This document shows, piece by piece, positions 27,463 through 37,376 of a stretch of 64,000 nucleotides of DNA. Positions within the stretch are counted from its first letter, which is position 1. Every line of letters starts with the position of its first letter. The notes under the pieces were generated by a model. That model had not been told where the DNA came from, did not search any database, and worked only from the letters and a program-made list of their open reading frames with translations. The stretch is from a virus. Its lineage: Duplodnaviria; Heunggongvirae; Uroviricota; Caudoviricetes. A program made the position numbers and the translations under genes. The stretch lies in IMG/VR virus record IMGVR_UViG_3300017987_005500. One strand, 5' to 3'.

Positions 27463-28530
27463 TTATACAAATTGAGTAACGAAGTCAACCCCATCAACTC
27501 CAGTTCCGCCATTTTTTCCAATTGAAAGATGTCCAGTTATACTTGACGTTCCTGAATTGAAAGGAAATGTCAATCTTTCAATATTTGAAAAATAAGAATA
27601 TCCTCCCGCATTAAATCCATGTATAGTTGAATTAATTCCTCCACAAGCATCCGATATTGTATTATTTAAATTTCCAACATGACTTGCAGTTCCTGAGTCA
27701 AATGGAAATGACATTCTTTCAATATTTGAAACTGCCGTTGATGGGGATCCTCCCATATTAAATCCATGTTCAGAAGAATTACAACCTGAGGGATATCTAC
27801 AATTAATTGTTAAATTTCCAGTTATACTTGACGTTCCTGAGTCAAAAGGAAATGTCAATCTATCAATATTTGAAAGAGTTACAAATCCTGAAAACCTATA
27901 TCCAGCGGAGCAAAATCCATGTTCAGAAGAATTGAATCCAGCATAATCATATCTTTGAGCTGTTAAACTTCCAACTTGACTTGTTGTTCCAGAGTCTTGA
28001 GGAAATACAATTCTATCAATTGTTGATAAATCTGTAGAACCATTATAACCGCCACATACATATCCATATGTTGAACAATTAAAACCACTTTTAATATAAC
28101 CTTTTTGACTAGAAGTATTCCCAACTTGACTTGCTGTTCCTGAGTCAAAAGGAAATTCAATTCTTTCAATATTTGACAAATAAACACCAGATGATGGATT
28201 TCCTGTAGAAGAAAACCCATATGCTGAAGAATTACAACCACTTCCTTGATATCTAGCTGAAGTTAACTTACCAACATTTGAAGAATTTCCTGAATCAAAT
28301 GGGAAAGTAATTCTATCAATTCCTGAAACATAAGAACCAATATGTCCTCCAAGTATATATCCGTATTCACTTCCTTTTGCAGATCCTCCCCAAATTATTT
28401 CCCATTCACTCCCTTTCCATAACTTTATAACTTGAGAAACTGTGTGTAACCACATTTCACCTTTCTTTGGATTGACAGGTGTCTCTGTTTGTCTATATGT
28501 AATTAACGATTTTATCTGAGATAATGACAT
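27463..28530 (-). CDS. Six-blade kelch-like beta-propeller, paralogue 1
   Basis: Six ~49-aa repeats I.RI.FP.DSG....VG.L......G.NSS..G...GG; N-terminal Q.E.P.NP..GE.W. Confidence 0.75.
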   Translation of the reverse strand: MSLSQIKSLITYRQTETPVNPKKGEMWLHTVSQVIKLWKGSEWEIIWGGSAKGSEYGYILGGHIGSYVSGIDRITFPFDSGNSSNVGKLTSARYQGSGCNSSAYGFSSTGNPSSGVYLSNIERIEFPFDSGTASQVGNTSSQKGYIKSGFNCSTYGYVCGGYNGSTDLSTIDRIVFPQDSGTTSQVGSLTAQRYDYAGFNSSEHGFCSAGYRFSGFVTLSNIDRLTFPFDSGTSSITGNLTINCRYPSGCNSSEHGFNMGGSPSTAVSNIERMSFPFDSGTASHVGNLNNTISDACGGINSTIHGFNAGGYSYFSNIERLTFPFNSGTSSITGHLSIGKNGGTGVDGVDFVTQFV

Positions 28531-28559
28531 AATTTATATCTCCTAAGTTGATTTTATAA

Positions 28560-28569
28560 TTTGTTCTTT
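28560..28569 (-). promoter_or_regulatory. Putative late-promoter motif AGAACAAA
   Basis: 30 nt upstream of 28530. Confidence 0.55.
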
Positions 28570-28704
28570 AAAACGTAATTGTATCAATGCCAGCATTTCT
28601 CTATTAAATCCCATTCATCTTCAACTTCTTCTCTATTTAATAAATCTTCATATGCTAATAAATATATTAACCAAAGTTTTATAAAGTTAAACATGATAAA
28701 CTCC

Positions 28705-29808
28705 TTATATAAATTGAGTTACAAAGTCTGTTTCATCAACTCCTACTGTATTTGATTTTGTCGTAGTTAAATTTCCGACTGATGAGGCAGTTCCTGAGTC
28801 AAATGGAAATAAAAATCTTTCAATTGTTGATTGATAAGGAACTGGTTGATCTTGTCTATATCCTCCCATCGAATATCCATAATTACTTGAATTTACAGTT
28901 GTATGTGAATTTTTAAGAGATACTGATAATGTTCCAACATTATTTGCGGTTCCAGAGTCAAATGGAAATGTCCATCGAGCAATAGTTGAATAAACATCTC
29001 CGCCAGTTATATATCCTCCCAGTTGATAAGAATGAGTTGACGAATTACATGCTGGAGATGAATAAGTTCCGCTTGAAGTAATAGCTAAATTTCCAACATG
29101 ATTTGCTGGGCCAGAGTCAAATGGAAATGTTAATCTATTAATTGTAGTTTGACGATGATAAGATCCGTCATGATAAAATCCAGCAGAAGAAAAACCATAA
29201 TTTGATGAATTAGATCCTGCATTATATGAAGTTGAAGCACTTAAATTTCCAACATTAGAACTATTTCCAGAATTGAATGGAAAAGTTATTCTGTCAATCC
29301 TTGAATGATAAGATCCTCCAGACCCTCCCATTGTAAATCCATGAATTGTTGAATTACATCCTGCTGAATGGTGTCTTGAATAACTTAATCCACCGAGTGT
29401 AGTTGAAGTCCCTGAGTCAAATGGGAAATCAATTCTATTAATTAAACTTGTAGTCGCTCCTGCATTTCCTTCCCCTCCCATTATAAAACCATATTGAGAA
29501 GAATTAGCAGCCGCTGCTCCAGTAGACTCTTGAGTCAAATTACTAACTACGGTTGAAGTTCCTGAGTCAAATGGAAACAATACTCTATCTATTGTAGAAA
29601 ATCTGGATGATGAAACCCCTCCTATATCATATCCATATCTTCCGACAATACTATCATATCCTCTCACAATTCTAAATTCAGTTCCATTATATAAATAAGA
29701 AGATTTAGCGCTTGGACGATACCAAATCTCCCCTTCTTTAGGATTGCTTGGTTCTTCATCTTGATAATAATCAACTATTGACTTAACACCTGACCATTTA
29801 TTTGACAT
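28705..29808 (-). CDS. Beta-propeller, paralogue 2
   Basis: Same FPFDSG repeats; ends GVDETDFVTQFI. Confidence 0.75.
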   Translation of the reverse strand: MSNKWSGVKSIVDYYQDEEPSNPKEGEIWYRPSAKSSYLYNGTEFRIVRGYDSIVGRYGYDIGGVSSSRFSTIDRVLFPFDSGTSTVVSNLTQESTGAAAANSSQYGFIMGGEGNAGATTSLINRIDFPFDSGTSTTLGGLSYSRHHSAGCNSTIHGFTMGGSGGSYHSRIDRITFPFNSGNSSNVGNLSASTSYNAGSNSSNYGFSSAGFYHDGSYHRQTTINRLTFPFDSGPANHVGNLAITSSGTYSSPACNSSTHSYQLGGYITGGDVYSTIARWTFPFDSGTANNVGTLSVSLKNSHTTVNSSNYGYSMGGYRQDQPVPYQSTIERFLFPFDSGTASSVGNLTTTKSNTVGVDETDFVTQFI

Positions 29809-29965
29809 TACTTATCTCCTTTTTGTCAGTATATTTTTTACATATCTCATTTAACTTAGGTAAAACACAATTGTAATTCGGAGACTCTTCACATCTACAT
29901 TGTCCTAAAGACCCACTATTTAGATCTTTCCAATGAAAACAATCTTCACATGTATTATCAGTCAA
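29798..29965 (-). CDS. Small Cys-rich protein (TTG start)
   Basis: Hand translation ..TCEDCFHW...QCRCEES..NC...IC..; AAGGAG RBS. Confidence 0.4.
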   Translation of the reverse strand: MTDNTCEDCFHWKDLNSGSLGQCRCEESPNYNCVLPKLNEICKKYTDKKEISNVK

Positions 29966-29976
29966 TAGATATCTCC

Positions 29977-31830
29977 TTACTTTTCTTTTATTTCAGATTT
30001 CACCTCATGAGCAATAGGTTCTCTTGTAAATAATCTATATTGTGTTAACATATTAGGAAATTGAGCATACTTTTTATTTGGATCAAACTTCCCATATATC
30101 ATTTGATTGTTAAAGTCTATATGAAGACATTCAATCTTTGGATCAATATATACATTATATCCATTTTGAAAACATAATTCAGTAAAATGAGCATCCTCAT
30201 TCACATCAGAATGTTTCCCTTTAGCATAACATTGAAACCAAGGTTGTCTTGCTTGCTTAAATATAGTTGTGTCTATAAGAGCAAACCCTAATCCAATTAA
30301 CCAATTGCATTTAAATAAATTGCCACCTTTGAATACTCTTGTCCTATTCATATCAGTAACAATTCCTGGATGTCTCTTGTTATCAGGATCTAATTGTAAA
30401 GATGCTGAATCATCAGGATCGCCTTTCATATAATAATTACCTGATATGACACAAGGTTCATCAATATTTTCCATGTGCTCTAATAACTTAACAAGTCCAG
30501 TCTGAGGTGGCAATACATCATTATCAATAAAGAGTAAATATTGAGCTTCCCTTTTAAGAGCTTCCTGAGCACATACATTTCTTACCTCATCAACTCCCAT
30601 TCCAAAAGGTCTGAATAACTCTGTCCTATAACCTCTTAATAACATAAGTTCATCAAGGTTACATGCTACAGGTTCTTTATCATCTCTCGTTGGAATACAA
30701 ACTAATATAAGAGGATACTCAGGAGGGACACGCATTCTTTCAAAATGTTTAATGTCAGTATGATCCCATATGCCAGTGGAATATACAACTTCATTATCTC
30801 TTTCTCCATATATCCTCTTCCATACTTTATCCATATGTAAACATTTAATTGATGTGTCTATGAGACAAGCTTTCTTAGTCCGTTCAAATAGGTTCTGAGT
30901 GAAGAATGCGTCTTCTCCCATTGACCAATATCCATCTGGTGCTCCAAACTCCCAAAACAACGGTAATGCCACGTCCTGAGTGATTTGTTTTAAATCCAAT
31001 AATGCAAATCCCATTCCACATATTTTATTAGCAGGTTGAATATGAGAAGCTGCTTCTTCATTTGCTTTAAGCTTATCTGTCTTTGGAATTATAATCTCAC
31101 CTCCATCATTTTCAAATGGAGCTTCCAAAGGTTCAACCTTTTTATAATATAATGCTGAAGTTGCTGGAGCTTCCTCTTCTTTCATTAAGTTATATAATTT
31201 CATTAAAGCATTATTAGGAGCTATAACATCATCGTCTATAAAGAGTAAGTATCTTGCTCCTAATTTCAATGCTTGTTCAACAGCAAAGTTTCTTCCTTTA
31301 GTTACTTGATAACCCCATATCTCAATGATCTTATGTTTAAGTCCATTAGGGACAATGAGTCTATTCCAAGCATCTGTTAAACATATATCTTTCTCATCTC
31401 TTTTAACACAGCATATTAATAAGTCATATTTTGGATTTACTTTAGAAGGTAATAACTTATCAGCTTGCTCATACATTTTATAGACAAAGTTTAAATCTCC
31501 AGAATCCTTTGCCATATTAACTCTTAATATAAAGTCTTGGACAATTCGATATTCCCAATCAGGTAACTCTGATAATGTTTCCCATGTTGCTTGATCGAAT
31601 TGACTATTCGCTCTTATTTGAATTTCAAGTTGTCTTAGCATTTTAATAAAACATGGATTACCAAAACCTACTTTTTCAGTTTTCATAGATTTATCTACCT
31701 TTTCTCTTATGGTTTTCACCAATTCTATAAACTCACTTTTTTCTCTTAATACAGGAGTTATCTTTCTATCAGTATTAAGAACTCTTTTTCGTTTCTTCTT
31801 CGGTCCTATCTTCGCTGGTCTCTTTATCAT
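29977..31830 (-). CDS. Tandem double GT-A (GT2-like) glycosyltransferase
   Basis: Two copies of RN.....AL...A.YLLFID[DN]DV..P...L..L ... G.GFAL.D ... ED..F ... D..I.C.H. Confidence 0.85.
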   Translation of the reverse strand: MIKRPAKIGPKKKRKRVLNTDRKITPVLREKSEFIELVKTIREKVDKSMKTEKVGFGNPCFIKMLRQLEIQIRANSQFDQATWETLSELPDWEYRIVQDFILRVNMAKDSGDLNFVYKMYEQADKLLPSKVNPKYDLLICCVKRDEKDICLTDAWNRLIVPNGLKHKIIEIWGYQVTKGRNFAVEQALKLGARYLLFIDDDVIAPNNALMKLYNLMKEEEAPATSALYYKKVEPLEAPFENDGGEIIIPKTDKLKANEEAASHIQPANKICGMGFALLDLKQITQDVALPLFWEFGAPDGYWSMGEDAFFTQNLFERTKKACLIDTSIKCLHMDKVWKRIYGERDNEVVYSTGIWDHTDIKHFERMRVPPEYPLILVCIPTRDDKEPVACNLDELMLLRGYRTELFRPFGMGVDEVRNVCAQEALKREAQYLLFIDNDVLPPQTGLVKLLEHMENIDEPCVISGNYYMKGDPDDSASLQLDPDNKRHPGIVTDMNRTRVFKGGNLFKCNWLIGLGFALIDTTIFKQARQPWFQCYAKGKHSDVNEDAHFTELCFQNGYNVYIDPKIECLHIDFNNQMIYGKFDPNKKYAQFPNMLTQYRLFTREPIAHEVKSEIKEK

Positions 31831-32050
31831 TCACAAATCTCCCATGTCTCTGTTCTTCGAATGTTAATTCAGTTTTGAATTTATCCTCATTGTCTCTTTC
31901 TTCATCATAAGGAGGAAGTCTCTTTTCAATTTTATAATGACATATTGCATTATCTAATTGATCATATAGCATATCAAAGTTTTTAATATTATCTCTATTC
32001 TCAATGACTATAAGTAATGCTTTTTCGAGATGTTCAATTGTTTGTGCCAT
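31775..32050 (-). CDS. Hypothetical protein
   Basis: 91-aa ORF overlapping both neighbours. Confidence 0.45.
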   Translation of the reverse strand: MAQTIEHLEKALLIVIENRDNIKNFDMLYDQLDNAICHYKIEKRLPPYDEERDNEDKFKTELTFEEQRHGRFVNDKETSEDRTEEETKKSS

Positions 32051-32247
32051 ATAGCATCCTTTCGCATTTTAATGTGTTCAAGACATTCGTTTAATAAAGA
32101 TATTTCATTTTCTAATATACTAGGATATAAACTTCCTACCATATCACCTATTAATTCTTCACGTTTCTTAATATTAAACCTAACCTCTTTTTCAGTTAAG
32201 TTTTTAAATTCATCCTTATTCCAACACATTTCAATTTTATCTTTCAT
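32008..32247 (-). CDS. Hypothetical protein
   Basis: 79-aa ORF directly after an AGAACAAA motif. Confidence 0.5.
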   Translation of the reverse strand: MKDKIEMCWNKDEFKNLTEKEVRFNIKKREELIGDMVGSLYPSILENEISLLNECLEHIKMRKDAIWHKQLNISKKHYL

Positions 32248-32278
32248 GAGTTCACCATTTAATTATTCGTATTTATAG

Positions 32279-32288
32279 TTTGTTCTTT
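32279..32288 (-). promoter_or_regulatory. Putative late-promoter motif AGAACAAA
   Basis: 32 nt upstream of 32247. Confidence 0.5.
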
Positions 32289-32296
32289 ATATAACA

Positions 32297-33367
32297 TTAC
32301 ACAAACATATTATTGAAATCAGTATTATCAATTCCTCCACAATAGTTCTTTGATGCACTTATATTTCCAACAATTGAAGAAGTTCCTGAAGAAAATGGAA
32401 AGGTAAATCTCTCAACTGTAGATACTCTTACTGAAACTAATCTTCCACCACTTGAATATCCATAAGTATCTGAATTGCAACCCGCCATATTATAATTACT
32501 TTGAGATAAATTACTAAGATGACTTGCAGTTCCTGAAGCAAATGGAAATGTTATTCTATCGACTGCTGAGATTCTTCCTGGAGACCCATTTCCTCCAAAT
32601 AAATAACCATGTTCAGATGAATTACATGCATTACCAGAGTTTCTTCCTATTGAAGTATTTCCTACATGACTTGCGGTTCCTGAATTGAATGGGAATGTAA
32701 TTCTTTCAATATTTGTTTGATATGCTCCGGAATATCCAAAGAATGTAAAACCGTGTACAGAAGAATTACATCCTGAAACTCCTTCTGATGAAGTAGTTAA
32801 AGTCCCAACATTACTTGCAGTTCCTGAAGCAAATGGAAATAATATTCTTGATACATGAGATTGGTCTGCTCCATAACCTCCGCCTGTATTAAATCCATGC
32901 TCAGATGAATTATATGCTCCAGAAGTATTATTACTTTGAGATAAATTACCAATATGAACTGAAGATCCTGAATCGAAAGGAAATGTCAATCTATCAATTG
33001 CAGATGTATGAGCAGTTCCATAACTTCCAAATATAAATCCATAATCAGTTGAATTACAACATGCTCCTCTACAATCTGCTGCTCTTGATAAAGTCCCAAC
33101 AGTTGAAGTAGTTCCTGAGTCAAAAGGAAATATAATTTTATCAACATTTGTTGAAACATTATATCCACCTGCAACTAACCCAAATCCTGGAACTGGCATT
33201 CTTATCCAAGTCCAACTTGTATTCGGACCATCATAAACTTTTAACTTATTTTCAGAAGTATCAAACCAAGATGTTCCATTTTTAGGATTTGATGGAGCAA
33301 CTCCTTGAGTATATTCAGGACCCCAATTTTTAGAATCGACTGCGATTGGCATTATATAATCCTCCAA
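32297..33367 (-). CDS. Beta-propeller, paralogue 3
   Basis: Six FPF[DAN S]SG-type repeats; N-terminal QGVAPSNPKNGTSWF. Confidence 0.75.
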   Translation of the reverse strand: MEDYIMPIAVDSKNWGPEYTQGVAPSNPKNGTSWFDTSENKLKVYDGPNTSWTWIRMPVPGFGLVAGGYNVSTNVDKIIFPFDSGTTSTVGTLSRAADCRGACCNSTDYGFIFGSYGTAHTSAIDRLTFPFDSGSSVHIGNLSQSNNTSGAYNSSEHGFNTGGGYGADQSHVSRILFPFASGTASNVGTLTTSSEGVSGCNSSVHGFTFFGYSGAYQTNIERITFPFNSGTASHVGNTSIGRNSGNACNSSEHGYLFGGNGSPGRISAVDRITFPFASGTASHLSNLSQSNYNMAGCNSDTYGYSSGGRLVSVRVSTVERFTFPFSSGTSSIVGNISASKNYCGGIDNTDFNNMFV

Positions 33368-33511
33368 TTAGTAATTATTTTTAATATCTTGTTTGCTCTT
33401 TTTCCTATTACGTTTATTATTTTGTTTAGGAGTTCCTCCAAATGTTTTAGAAGGCGGAGCTACTGGTTTTCTTATTCTCTTTATTGAATCAATTTCTTTA
33501 ATCACTTTCAT
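33368..33511 (-). CDS. 47-aa basic peptide
   Basis: Hand translation MKVIKEIDSIKRIRKPVAPPSKTFGGTPKQNNKRNRKKSKQDIKNNY fills the gap exactly. Confidence 0.4.
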   Translation of the reverse strand: MKVIKEIDSIKRIRKPVAPPSKTFGGTPKQNNKRNRKKSKQDIKNNY

Positions 33512-33520
33512 TTTCTTTAC

Positions 33521-34570
33521 CTAAAGTTTAATCAAGTTTCTCAACTTAAATATCCAACCCTTTCTATAATCTTTTATTTCTTCAATAACTTCTTTTAAGT
33601 TAAGGAAGAAGTTTACATTAGAACCTTCGGCATGAGGATCATCAATAAGACCAAAGTATTCTTTACCTTTATATCTATCTTCTTGAGTGTCTCTTTTAAA
33701 TCTTGTGTGTTTAGATAATCTTGCTTGAGGGTAAATCCAAAATCCATCATATATAGACTTCTTACCCATGAGTTCAATATAATCTATAAAATCATTAGCT
33801 GTAAATCGCTCTATCCAAAGACCAGCTGATATATGAACCTTTTGTCCATATAATAATCTAGCAAAGAATTTTCTTCCCCACATACTTGAATGATGTTTCC
33901 AAAATAATGATTTACTTGGTTTCTTATGTATAGGATAAGTCTTCTCAGTCCATAACCATTTCTTTCCAGTATATTTATCAAAGTTCCAAAGATTGAAATA
34001 AGCTAATTGTCCTGACTCATCTAAATTCATTTTCTTAAGTTGTGTTTTAAATTCCTTATGATGAAGCTTCCATTGTTCTTTTTTAGTAAAGTCTTTACAT
34101 CTTGGACAATGACATTTATGGTCAGGTTTCCATTTACCATCCCATATTTCTTCAACTGCTGGAGTTCTCCAATTATAATGCTCAACATCAAACATTACAC
34201 TTTTGACATTATAAACACTAACTAATTTTGCAACTATATTAAGTCTTGAAGAAATCCATTCTTTACTTAATGGACAAGGTGTTCGTCTAAGGTATTTTTC
34301 TCCATCATGGAAACACATTCTTTCAGGTTTATCAGCGAAGCATGTATTTAAGGTAGGTATGAGGACTATATCGACTCTATCATCTTTTGAATATTTTTCT
34401 AACATCTCTATGACTTCAAAGTAATGTCCATAGTGATCATGGGATATATCTTCTTCTAAAGAGAAGTTAGTCATGACAACTCCAATTGTATTAACACCTG
34501 CTTGAATACATCTTTCGATATAGTCATGATCTGGCCATATACAATACATTCCTATTGGATATTTTTTCAT
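33521..34570 (-). CDS. Putative TIM-barrel glycoside-hydrolase-like protein
   Basis: I..C.QAGVNTI.V, FDVEHY, CHCPRC; judged by eye only. Confidence 0.4.
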   Translation of the reverse strand: MKKYPIGMYCIWPDHDYIERCIQAGVNTIGVVMTNFSLEEDISHDHYGHYFEVIEMLEKYSKDDRVDIVLIPTLNTCFADKPERMCFHDGEKYLRRTPCPLSKEWISSRLNIVAKLVSVYNVKSVMFDVEHYNWRTPAVEEIWDGKWKPDHKCHCPRCKDFTKKEQWKLHHKEFKTQLKKMNLDESGQLAYFNLWNFDKYTGKKWLWTEKTYPIHKKPSKSLFWKHHSSMWGRKFFARLLYGQKVHISAGLWIERFTANDFIDYIELMGKKSIYDGFWIYPQARLSKHTRFKRDTQEDRYKGKEYFGLIDDPHAEGSNVNFFLNLKEVIEEIKDYRKGWIFKLRNLIKL

Positions 34571-34571
34571 G

Positions 34572-35780
34572 TTATTTCTCCTGTTCTTTATTGGTTAACA
34601 TAAGACCTGAATCGAAGAACTCTTTAACATCATATGATTTTTCAGATAACATATGGGTGATCTTTTTAGTAGTGAACATTAATCGAGTTGTGGCATTTTT
34701 AAGATCATTAAGTCTTTTCTCTGTTAACTTTTTAGGTTCACTTAATATATTTGAAAGTCCTAATAAAATCATAATAGGTTGATTCAGCTCATGACAATCT
34801 TTAGTAAGATTTGACAATAATCCTTGGAGTTCATATAACTTGCTTTCTTTAATTTCCAATATAGCTCTACTTACAGCTATACAAATACATTTAGATACTT
34901 CTTCTAAAAATAATACATCTTTTAAATTAAGAGCATTAACTCTCTTATCATTGATTTGTAATAGACCATAAGTAATTTCATTTTCTTTAAGAGGTATTAG
35001 GGCAACTGTCTCATAACCATATTTATTACAAATATCTCTAAACTTATCTTTATCAATTTCTTTTAATATCTTTGTAGACTCACCAGTAAAGAAACTTCCA
35101 TAATCAGTTATACATGGTAAGTCAGATGAAAGTTTCCTTTGTATTATGTTACCGCACATACAATCAAGAATCGGGTCTTTATCAAACAATTTAGTCTTAG
35201 GACATAAAGACATCTCTTCTTTTATAAAGTTGTCAGGAAAACCTTTTGTTGTAAAGTATGGGTAATCATTCATATGTTTAAGTCTTAATCCAGCAACATC
35301 AACTTGCATAAAGTCTTTAATCATATGGACAATAGTCTTAATGATATCTAAAATATCATCTGAGTTATTTGCCATATCAATAATGTCTTGAATGAACTTT
35401 AATTTATCTTCAGCAGAAAAGTTGTATATATGAAATTGTGTTAATTGATTGAATAATTCTTCTTTGGTGAAAGGTTTGAATAATATTGAATTTATTCCAG
35501 ATGAAAGCATTGTATTGATATCAGAGAAGAATTTATTTCCTCCTCCACTCATTATAATAACTTTAATAGATGGTTTTATTTTTTTAAGTTTCTTAGCTAA
35601 ATGAACGCCATCACCATCTTGTAAATAACGATCTATAATAGCTACATCAAATGTATTATCAAATTTATCTAAAGCATCTTTTATTCCATAAGACTTTACA
35701 GACTCAAAGTTTGATAATTTAAGAAACTCGAATAATAATTTAACTATTTGTTTTTCATCATCTACTATTAATACTTTCAT
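34572..35780 (-). CDS. Receiver-GAF-HisKA protein lacking the HATPase domain
   Basis: LIVDDE, IIDRY, IMSG, FKPF receiver; GAF (GLRL...DYPY...GF...CMCG...ALIPL); H-box HELNQP; ends about 55 aa later. Confidence 0.8.
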   Translation of the reverse strand: MKVLIVDDEKQIVKLLFEFLKLSNFESVKSYGIKDALDKFDNTFDVAIIDRYLQDGDGVHLAKKLKKIKPSIKVIIMSGGGNKFFSDINTMLSSGINSILFKPFTKEELFNQLTQFHIYNFSAEDKLKFIQDIIDMANNSDDILDIIKTIVHMIKDFMQVDVAGLRLKHMNDYPYFTTKGFPDNFIKEEMSLCPKTKLFDKDPILDCMCGNIIQRKLSSDLPCITDYGSFFTGESTKILKEIDKDKFRDICNKYGYETVALIPLKENEITYGLLQINDKRVNALNLKDVLFLEEVSKCICIAVSRAILEIKESKLYELQGLLSNLTKDCHELNQPIMILLGLSNILSEPKKLTEKRLNDLKNATTRLMFTTKKITHMLSEKSYDVKEFFDSGLMLTNKEQEK

Positions 35781-36063
35781 TGGTTTCTCCTCTCAAATCT
35801 TGGTATAACCAAACAGGAGGATCTTGAAAACCTGTTATTGATTTCTCCCCTTTATTTCTATATACAATTGTATTTCCTGCAGTTGTCTCAAATCTTCCCT
35901 CAATTATAATCTCACCCATATGAATCTTCCTATGACAATTACGACATACTTTACATTTATTCCAAGGTTTGTCTTTTCCTCCTTTTGATAAAGAGTGTAT
36001 ATGATGATTGTCTATTTTTATCTTTTCTTCGCATTCCTTAAATTCGCATTTATCAATTTTCAT
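35758..36063 (-). CDS. HNH endonuclease
   Basis: C...C...DNHHI..LSKGG....N...CRNCHRKIH. Confidence 0.85.
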   Translation of the reverse strand: MKIDKCEFKECEEKIKIDNHHIHSLSKGGKDKPWNKCKVCRNCHRKIHMGEIIIEGRFETTAGNTIVYRNKGEKSITGFQDPPVWLYQDLRGETNESINSR

Positions 36064-36120
36064 ATTATATTATTCACTCCAAAATATTATTGCTGAAATT
36101 CCTGACATTATAATTCTCCT

Positions 36121-37209
36121 TTATGAATTAGTTCCACCTGGATTAAATAATGAAACAAAATCAACTCCGTCAAATGATGCAGACCCTTCACAAGCATATG
36201 ATAAATTTCCAACAACTGAAGAAGAACCTGAAGAAAATGGAAATGTAATCCTACTTATAAATGAATGATCTCCACTAGCATTTGATCCACCAATTGAAAA
36301 TCCATGTTCAGTTGAATTATTTCCTGATAATTGATTTGCAGTAGAGTTTAAATTGCCAACATTATTTGAAGTTCCTGAGTCAAATGGAAATTCCATTCTC
36401 TCAATTGAAGATATAATTCCTCCACTATAACCTCCACAATGAAATCCATGAGTTGATGAATTAAATTGAGAACCACTTCTTCTTGAGCCACTTAAATTTC
36501 CAGTCACTGGGACAGTTCCTGAATCAAATGGAAATGTTATTCGATGTATATTTGTCGTCGCAAGAGATCCATTATAACCGCCTATTAAATATCCATGTTG
36601 AGAAGAATTACAACAATTCATTGCATGACTTCTTAATCCTGATAAATCTCCAACACGATCTGCAGTTCCTGAGTCAAATGGAAAAGTAAATCTATGAACA
36701 AATGATGCTGCAAGAGAAGGGTAACCTCCCATATTATAACCATGAATTGAAGAATTACAAGCTGCCGCATATCTTGAAATAACTGGTAAATTTCCTACAT
36801 GACTTGAACTTCCTGAGTCAAATGGAAATTCAATTCTACCAATAGTTGAAATATATCCCGAACCTTGTTCTCCGCCTATTACAAATCCATAATTAGATGA
36901 ATTGCATGCTCCAAAATATGCTCGACTTCCTGACAATGTTCCTATTATTGAAGCAGTCCCTGAGTCAAATGGGAAAGTCATCCTACTTATTGTTGAAGAT
37001 TTATTTGGAGCTGGCCGACCTCCTGCTACATAACCATATTTATCTCCCGGTCCATATCCACCTAATACTCTTTTCCATTCAGAGTCTCCTCTTACTTTTA
37101 TATCTCCTTCATCTTTATAATAATAAGAATCCCCTGTATTAGGATTGCTCGGATCGACATTTTGTTTATATTGTAATCCTTTTCTATTCTGACCTTTTAT
37201 CATTGGCAT
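36121..37209 (-). CDS. Beta-propeller, paralogue 4
   Basis: Six FPFDSG-type repeats. Confidence 0.75.
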   Translation of the reverse strand: MPMIKGQNRKGLQYKQNVDPSNPNTGDSYYYKDEGDIKVRGDSEWKRVLGGYGPGDKYGYVAGGRPAPNKSSTISRMTFPFDSGTASIIGTLSGSRAYFGACNSSNYGFVIGGEQGSGYISTIGRIEFPFDSGSSSHVGNLPVISRYAAACNSSIHGYNMGGYPSLAASFVHRFTFPFDSGTADRVGDLSGLRSHAMNCCNSSQHGYLIGGYNGSLATTNIHRITFPFDSGTVPVTGNLSGSRRSGSQFNSSTHGFHCGGYSGGIISSIERMEFPFDSGTSNNVGNLNSTANQLSGNNSTEHGFSIGGSNASGDHSFISRITFPFSSGSSSVVGNLSYACEGSASFDGVDFVSLFNPGGTNS

Positions 37210-37376
37210 AATTTTATCTCCAACTCTTAGTTAAGAAACGAACTGAAATGTATCTTTAAAAAAAATGTACCTTGTCCTATAGGAAAACCATATAGAATTT
37301 AGCACATTATTGCTTATATTTAATCTAAAGTATAATTAAATGAATTATACCATTATTCCCCTATGGGAGGACAGTA

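Noticed and set aside
37210-37376. Possible small gene after the GGGGA RBS
   Set aside because: ATG is followed by a stop after two codons; no credible frame.
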